Shown: piece by piece, positions 60,252 to 64,000 of the stretch | Numbering within the stretch: position 1 is the stretch's first letter | How the letters are laid out: each line of letters starts with the position of its first letter | DNA from: a bacterium | Lineage (GTDB): Bacteria > UBA8248 | Direction of reading: 5' to 3' | NCBI GenBank assembly: GCA_963692865.2 | Contig: OY843592.1 | Span: forward strand, 2,624,001-2,688,000 | Length of the DNA stretch: 64,000 nucleotides | Position numbers and translations under genes: made by a program | Notes under the pieces: generated by a model | What the model was told of the DNA's origin: nothing | Database searches by the model: none | What the model saw: only the letters and a program-made list of their open reading frames with translations

Positions 60252-61322
60252 TCAGGGCGTCAGCATCACGCGCATCACGCCGTCTTCGCGCGCCTTGAAC
60301 ATGCGCATCGCCTCGTTGAACTCATCGAGCGCGTACGAGTGCGTGAGCATCTTGTCAACGGCGATGTGCCCGTCGGCGATAATCTGGATCGCCCTCGGGT
60401 AGCAGTTGGGCGAACCACGCCCGCCGAAGATCGCGATTTCGTCGAGCACAATGCGGTCGGTGTTGAAAGACGTCTCCTGGCCGCCGTTGATGCCTTCCAG
60501 CACAACGCGACCGCCGCGCCGGGCCATGTCCACCGCCTGGCGCATCACCTCGGGCGGGCCTGCGCACTCGATGACGAGGTCCACACCGCGGCCGTCGGTC
60601 TCGCTCATCACGACCTCGACGGGGTCTTCCTTCGTGATGTCGATAGTGCGGTCCGCTCCCAGTTCCTCCGCGATTCCCAGCCGGTAGCCGCGACCGGTGA
60701 TGAAGGTCTTGGACGCGCCCATCATCTTGACGAGCTGGAGCACGGCGAGACCCAGCAGACCGGGACCCAGGATCGCCACGGTGTCGGCCGGCTCGATGCC
60801 TCCGCGCTCGAGTGCGTGAAGCGCGATGACCACCTGGTTCACGATCACCGCGTCTTCCCATCTCAAGGAGTCGGGCATCTTGTGGAGGTTGTTCGGCGGC
60901 GCCAGGCCGTATTCGCTGAAGGCGCCGTTCGCCGTGTGGCCCAGGAGCTTGTAGCCGCCGCCTGGCTTCGCGAAGTTCTCGCAGATGTGGTAGTCGCCCC
61001 GGATGCAGGTGGCGCAAGCGCCGCAACCCACAGTCGGCTCCATGATGACGCGATCTCCAATTTGGAGTGAGGTTCTCGCGCCGGTCCCGATGGCGGCCAC
61101 CTCGCCGGCCCACTCGTGCCCCTGGACGAAGGGATAAAACGGCGGCCACATGGGGCGCATGTGCCCCTCGTAGATATGGATGTCCGTGCCGCAGATGCCG
61201 CAGGCGGCGACCTTCACCAGCACCTGGTCGGGTTCGTAGTCGGGCACGGGGATCTGCTCGATGCGCACCTCGTGCGCGTCGTGTGTGACGGCGGCCTTCA
61301 TGGTTTCGGGAATATCGCTCAT
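60252..61322 (-). CDS. Zn-dependent dehydrogenase (sorbitol/threonine DH-like)
   Basis: CGICGTD, GHEWAG, CxxCxxCx7C, GPGLLG. Confidence 0.92.
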   Translation of the reverse strand: MSDIPETMKAAVTHDAHEVRIEQIPVPDYEPDQVLVKVAACGICGTDIHIYEGHMRPMWPPFYPFVQGHEWAGEVAAIGTGARTSLQIGDRVIMEPTVGCGACATCIRGDYHICENFAKPGGGYKLLGHTANGAFSEYGLAPPNNLHKMPDSLRWEDAVIVNQVVIALHALERGGIEPADTVAILGPGLLGLAVLQLVKMMGASKTFITGRGYRLGIAEELGADRTIDITKEDPVEVVMSETDGRGVDLVIECAGPPEVMRQAVDMARRGGRVVLEGINGGQETSFNTDRIVLDEIAIFGGRGSPNCYPRAIQIIADGHIAVDKMLTHSYALDEFNEAMRMFKAREDGVMRVMLTP

Positions 61323-61363
61323 CTCACTCCCCTCCTTCGCTTAAGAGGATTTTGATAATGCCG

Positions 61364-62008
61364 TCAGCCCTTCGGGCTCAATTGCTGGGGTTTCCTGTCG
61401 GGCCGCTGCATGTCGAACACGTCGTGCGAGCGGCAGTACCCGTTGCCCGCCAGCCTGCCAACAGGCCTGAGCAGAACGGGGTCGATGTATTTCCCCTCCT
61501 CTATCATCACGTCCTCGCGCACGTGCCAGCGCACCACCTCGCCGATGATGACGTTCGTCAGGTGCTCGCGCCCGTTCGTGATGAGGTGGCGGAACTGGCA
61601 CTCCATGGCCACGGGGGCCTCGGCGATGCGCGGGGCCTTCACGAGATCGGAATCCAGCGGCGTGAGGCCCGCTTCCTCGAACTCGCTCACCTCGAAGGGA
61701 AAGTCGTCCGCGCAGATGTTCATCTGCTCCTCCAGGCCGTCCACCACCGTGTGGATGACGTAGCCCTGCGTCTCCATGATGTTGCGCGCCGTGTCCTTGT
61801 AGGAACTCTCGCGCACGCCCACCGATATCGATAGCAGGGGCGGGTCGTGGCCCACGCAGGTGAAGAAGCTGAAGGGCGCGAGGTTCGCGTAGCCGTCAGC
61901 ACTTATGCTGCTCACCCAGGCGATGGGCCTCGGCACGACGGAGCCGACGAGCAGGCGGTAGTTCTGGCGCCAGTGGTTGTCGGCGGGGTCGATGGTTTTG
62001 TATTCCAT
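61364..62008 (-). CDS. Flavin reductase-like FMN-binding protein
   Basis: VVPRPIAWVS, NLAPFSFF, KDT.RNI, GRLAG..Y. Confidence 0.92.
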   Translation of the reverse strand: MEYKTIDPADNHWRQNYRLLVGSVVPRPIAWVSSISADGYANLAPFSFFTCVGHDPPLLSISVGVRESSYKDTARNIMETQGYVIHTVVDGLEEQMNICADDFPFEVSEFEEAGLTPLDSDLVKAPRIAEAPVAMECQFRHLITNGREHLTNVIIGEVVRWHVREDVMIEEGKYIDPVLLRPVGRLAGNGYCRSHDVFDMQRPDRKPQQLSPKG

Positions 62009-62048
62009 GCGTTTTCATACTCCTGTCGATGTGAGCCGCAAAGCGGCT

Positions 62049-62852
62049 TCAAGGGGAACAATCTACAGGACCCGTCGATTCCATCGCCGTGAAGCACGCC
62101 CCCTGCGGGTCCATGATTCCGCCGATCCGCCCCACGTCGGGTATGTCCATCGGCGGGAACGTGCCCTGCCCGCCCAGGCTGACTGCCTTCTCCAGCGCGG
62201 CGTCGAAGTTTTCCACCTGAAAATACACGCCCCAGTGCGGCGGCATGCCGCCCATCTCGGGCGTGAGTTCGAGCATGCCCGCGCGCGGCTCCTCGCCGCT
62301 CATGAAAACCGTGTAGTCCCCGCCCGCGGGGTTGGGCGCCACGGTGTCCGTCCAGCCGAACAAATCAGCGTAGAAAGAACCCACGCGTTCCAGATCTTTC
62401 GTGAGCAGTTCGTTCCAATTGAGCGCGCCCGGCTCGTTCATCACGTCGGCCCCCTTGTGCGCCCTGGGCTGCCAGAGGCACAGGAACGCCTCCCCCGGGT
62501 CGCGGATCATCGCCATGCGGCCCGCGTCGAACACGTCGCAGGGCTCCTGGGCGGCCTGGCCGCCGAGTTCCACCGCTCTTTTCACGGTCTCGTCCGCGCT
62601 TTCGACCGACACGTAGCTCTGCCAGAAAGAGGGGTGGCCGCTTTCGAGCATCCCCGGAAACATCTCGAACATGGCGCAGACCTGTTTTCCGCTCTTCGAG
62701 AATATGGTGTAGACCGCGTCGTCCATCACGGGCCGATCCTCGAACGTCCAGCCGAACAGGGACGTGTAGAAATCCCTGGCGACGACCACCTCTTTCGCCA
62801 CCAGGTCGGCCCAGCAGAAACTCCCCGGCGCGTATTCATTTCCCTCAGGCAT
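62049..62852 (-). CDS. Two-domain VOC/glyoxalase protein
   Basis: PGSFCWADL, FY..LFGW twice, DPGEA and DPQGA. Confidence 0.9.
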   Translation of the reverse strand: MPEGNEYAPGSFCWADLVAKEVVVARDFYTSLFGWTFEDRPVMDDAVYTIFSKSGKQVCAMFEMFPGMLESGHPSFWQSYVSVESADETVKRAVELGGQAAQEPCDVFDAGRMAMIRDPGEAFLCLWQPRAHKGADVMNEPGALNWNELLTKDLERVGSFYADLFGWTDTVAPNPAGGDYTVFMSGEEPRAGMLELTPEMGGMPPHWGVYFQVENFDAALEKAVSLGGQGTFPPMDIPDVGRIGGIMDPQGACFTAMESTGPVDCSP

Positions 62853-62935
62853 GAATTTCATTCCTCTATTGATGACGGCAAATCATGATTGGGGTTCGGG
62901 GAAAAATCATAGCGCGAAGCGGCGGCGGCGAACAA

Positions 62936-63204
62936 GGGGTTGTTAAAAAACCCCTCCTCGCTTGAAATTGAGCACCACCGTCATTCCGGCGAAAGCCGGA
63001 ATCCAGGGACTTTGCTTTTGAATTCGTCTTTTCGCTTTATCGTTTTTCATGGTCATCCTGCGATTCGATATCCTGATCTGTTCTGGATTCCGGCTTTCGC
63101 CGGAATGACGGCAATCCGCGAATACGGGTTTGCAATGACGGTCCTCTTTCCCGGTTGGGTTTCATATGCCGAATCACGAAGGTCAGGATTCTTTCAACAG
63201 CCCC
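62936..63204. mobile_element. TIR-bounded CGTC REP doublet (no clear TSD)
   Basis: GGGGTTGTTAAAAAA ... CTTTCAACAGCCCC; REPs at 62979-63005 and 63084-63110. Confidence 0.65.
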
Positions 63205-63212
63205 ACGAGCGC

Positions 63213-64000
63213 TCAAGCATCCGCATCGTATTCATAGCGCAGGCCGTCCGGCTCATCGGGGTCGGCGGGACGAGAAACAGGACCTTGGGCGTCTTCACCC
63301 TGCGGGGTCTCTATCGCCTCTTCCTCCAGCAGCCAGCGCTCATAGAGATCATTTGGCAATTCCTCCACGTATCTCGAAAGCCTGGAGAACGCCCCCATAT
63401 TCCACCTCTCGCTCTCGAGCATGGGCTGGCACATGTAGAGTTCATCCTTCGCCCGCGTGAGGGCGACGTAGAAAAGCCTTCTCTCCTCCTCCTCGCCCTC
63501 GGGGTCGGCAAGCGACCGCGTCGAGGGGAAGCGGGTGTCTGTGAGCCAGAGGAGGAACACCACCTTCCACTCCAGGCCCTTCGCCTGGTGAACCGAGGTC
63601 AGGACCATCGACTCATCCGGCTCGTCTTGATCGCCAGGCGCCGAGGGGCCGGCTGCGGCGGCCGTTCCCATGAGCGCGAGTTCCGAGAGAAACGCCGTCG
63701 CCCCGTCGTACTGCGCCGCGTATTCCGCGAGCTGGCGCACGTCTTCTATGCGCGCTTCGGCATCTTCGAAAGTGTTCTCGACGTAATCCTGATAGAACCG
63801 ATCCAGCACGAGGTTTATCATCTCCGTCGGCGGCAGGGCGGATTGCCCGGCTCCGTCGGCGGCGCGGGGCGCGCCCGTGAGCTCGACGACCAGTTTTCTG
63901 AACTTCTCGAAACCCTCGCGCGCGTTCCCGGGGATGAATCCCACGCCGGCGCTCGCGAGAAACGAGAAGGGCTCCTCATATATCCGCACCTGCTCCCACA
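63213..64000 (-). CDS. UvrD/PcrA-family helicase, C-terminal part
   Basis: LTSVHQAKGLEW, EEERRLFYVALTRAKDEL. Confidence 0.92.
   Translation of the reverse strand, partial: WEQVRIYEEPFSFLASAGVGFIPGNAREGFEKFRKLVVELTGAPRAADGAGQSALPPTEMINLVLDRFYQDYVENTFEDAEARIEDVRQLAEYAAQYDGATAFLSELALMGTAAAAGPSAPGDQDEPDESMVLTSVHQAKGLEWKVVFLLWLTDTRFPSTRSLADPEGEEEERRLFYVALTRAKDELYMCQPMLESERWNMGAFSRLSRYVEELPNDLYERWLLEEEAIETPQGEDAQGPVSRPADPDEPDGLRYEYDADA

Noticed and set aside
3252-63204. Repeated palindromes as a CRISPR array or integron attC sites
   Set aside because: They are dispersed, mostly inverted doublets without regular unique spacers; no cas or intI gene; no GTTRRRY cassette organisation
1-64000. tRNA, rRNA, prophage or autonomous transposase genes
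   Set aside because: None recognised in the sequence or the ORF track

Overview
High-GC bacterial chromosomal segment with about 60 genes; I found no rRNA, tRNA or CRISPR array. The core content is comEC, cobB, hisS, ada, the rimP-nusA-ylxR-infB-DUF503-rbfA-truB-rpsO-pnp operon, a 2-oxoacid/acetoin dehydrogenase E1a/E1b/E2 cluster, assorted oxidoreductases and hydrolases, and a partial UvrD helicase. Highlights: (1) A zinc locus (two znuA, znuBC, zur, two Zur boxes, a decayed zur copy) is followed by a translationally coupled five-gene operon. Its first gene fuses a His-rich DUF318/ArsP-type permease to an HflK-like SPFH domain, followed by dedicated hflC and hflK paralogues, an orphan periplasmic binding protein and a small membrane protein. 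(2) Two selenoprotein genes are truncated in the ORF track: a DsbA/FrnE-like protein (UxxC) and an AhpD-like protein (CxxU), each with a SECIS-like hairpin whose loop starts 21 nt after the UGA. (3) Intergenic spaces are filled with four REP-like palindrome families. Several are packaged inside non-autonomous elements with GGGGCTGTTGAAAAA terminal inverted repeats and 5-bp target duplications, with one filled/empty site pair visible in the window; a GIY-YIG nuclease gene is nested among the REPs. (4) There is a four-gene double restriction-modification cluster and five toxin-antitoxin loci, most with damaged toxins. (5) A REP-free, lower-GC block covers the core translation operon. All calls come from motif reading by eye; no database searches were run.
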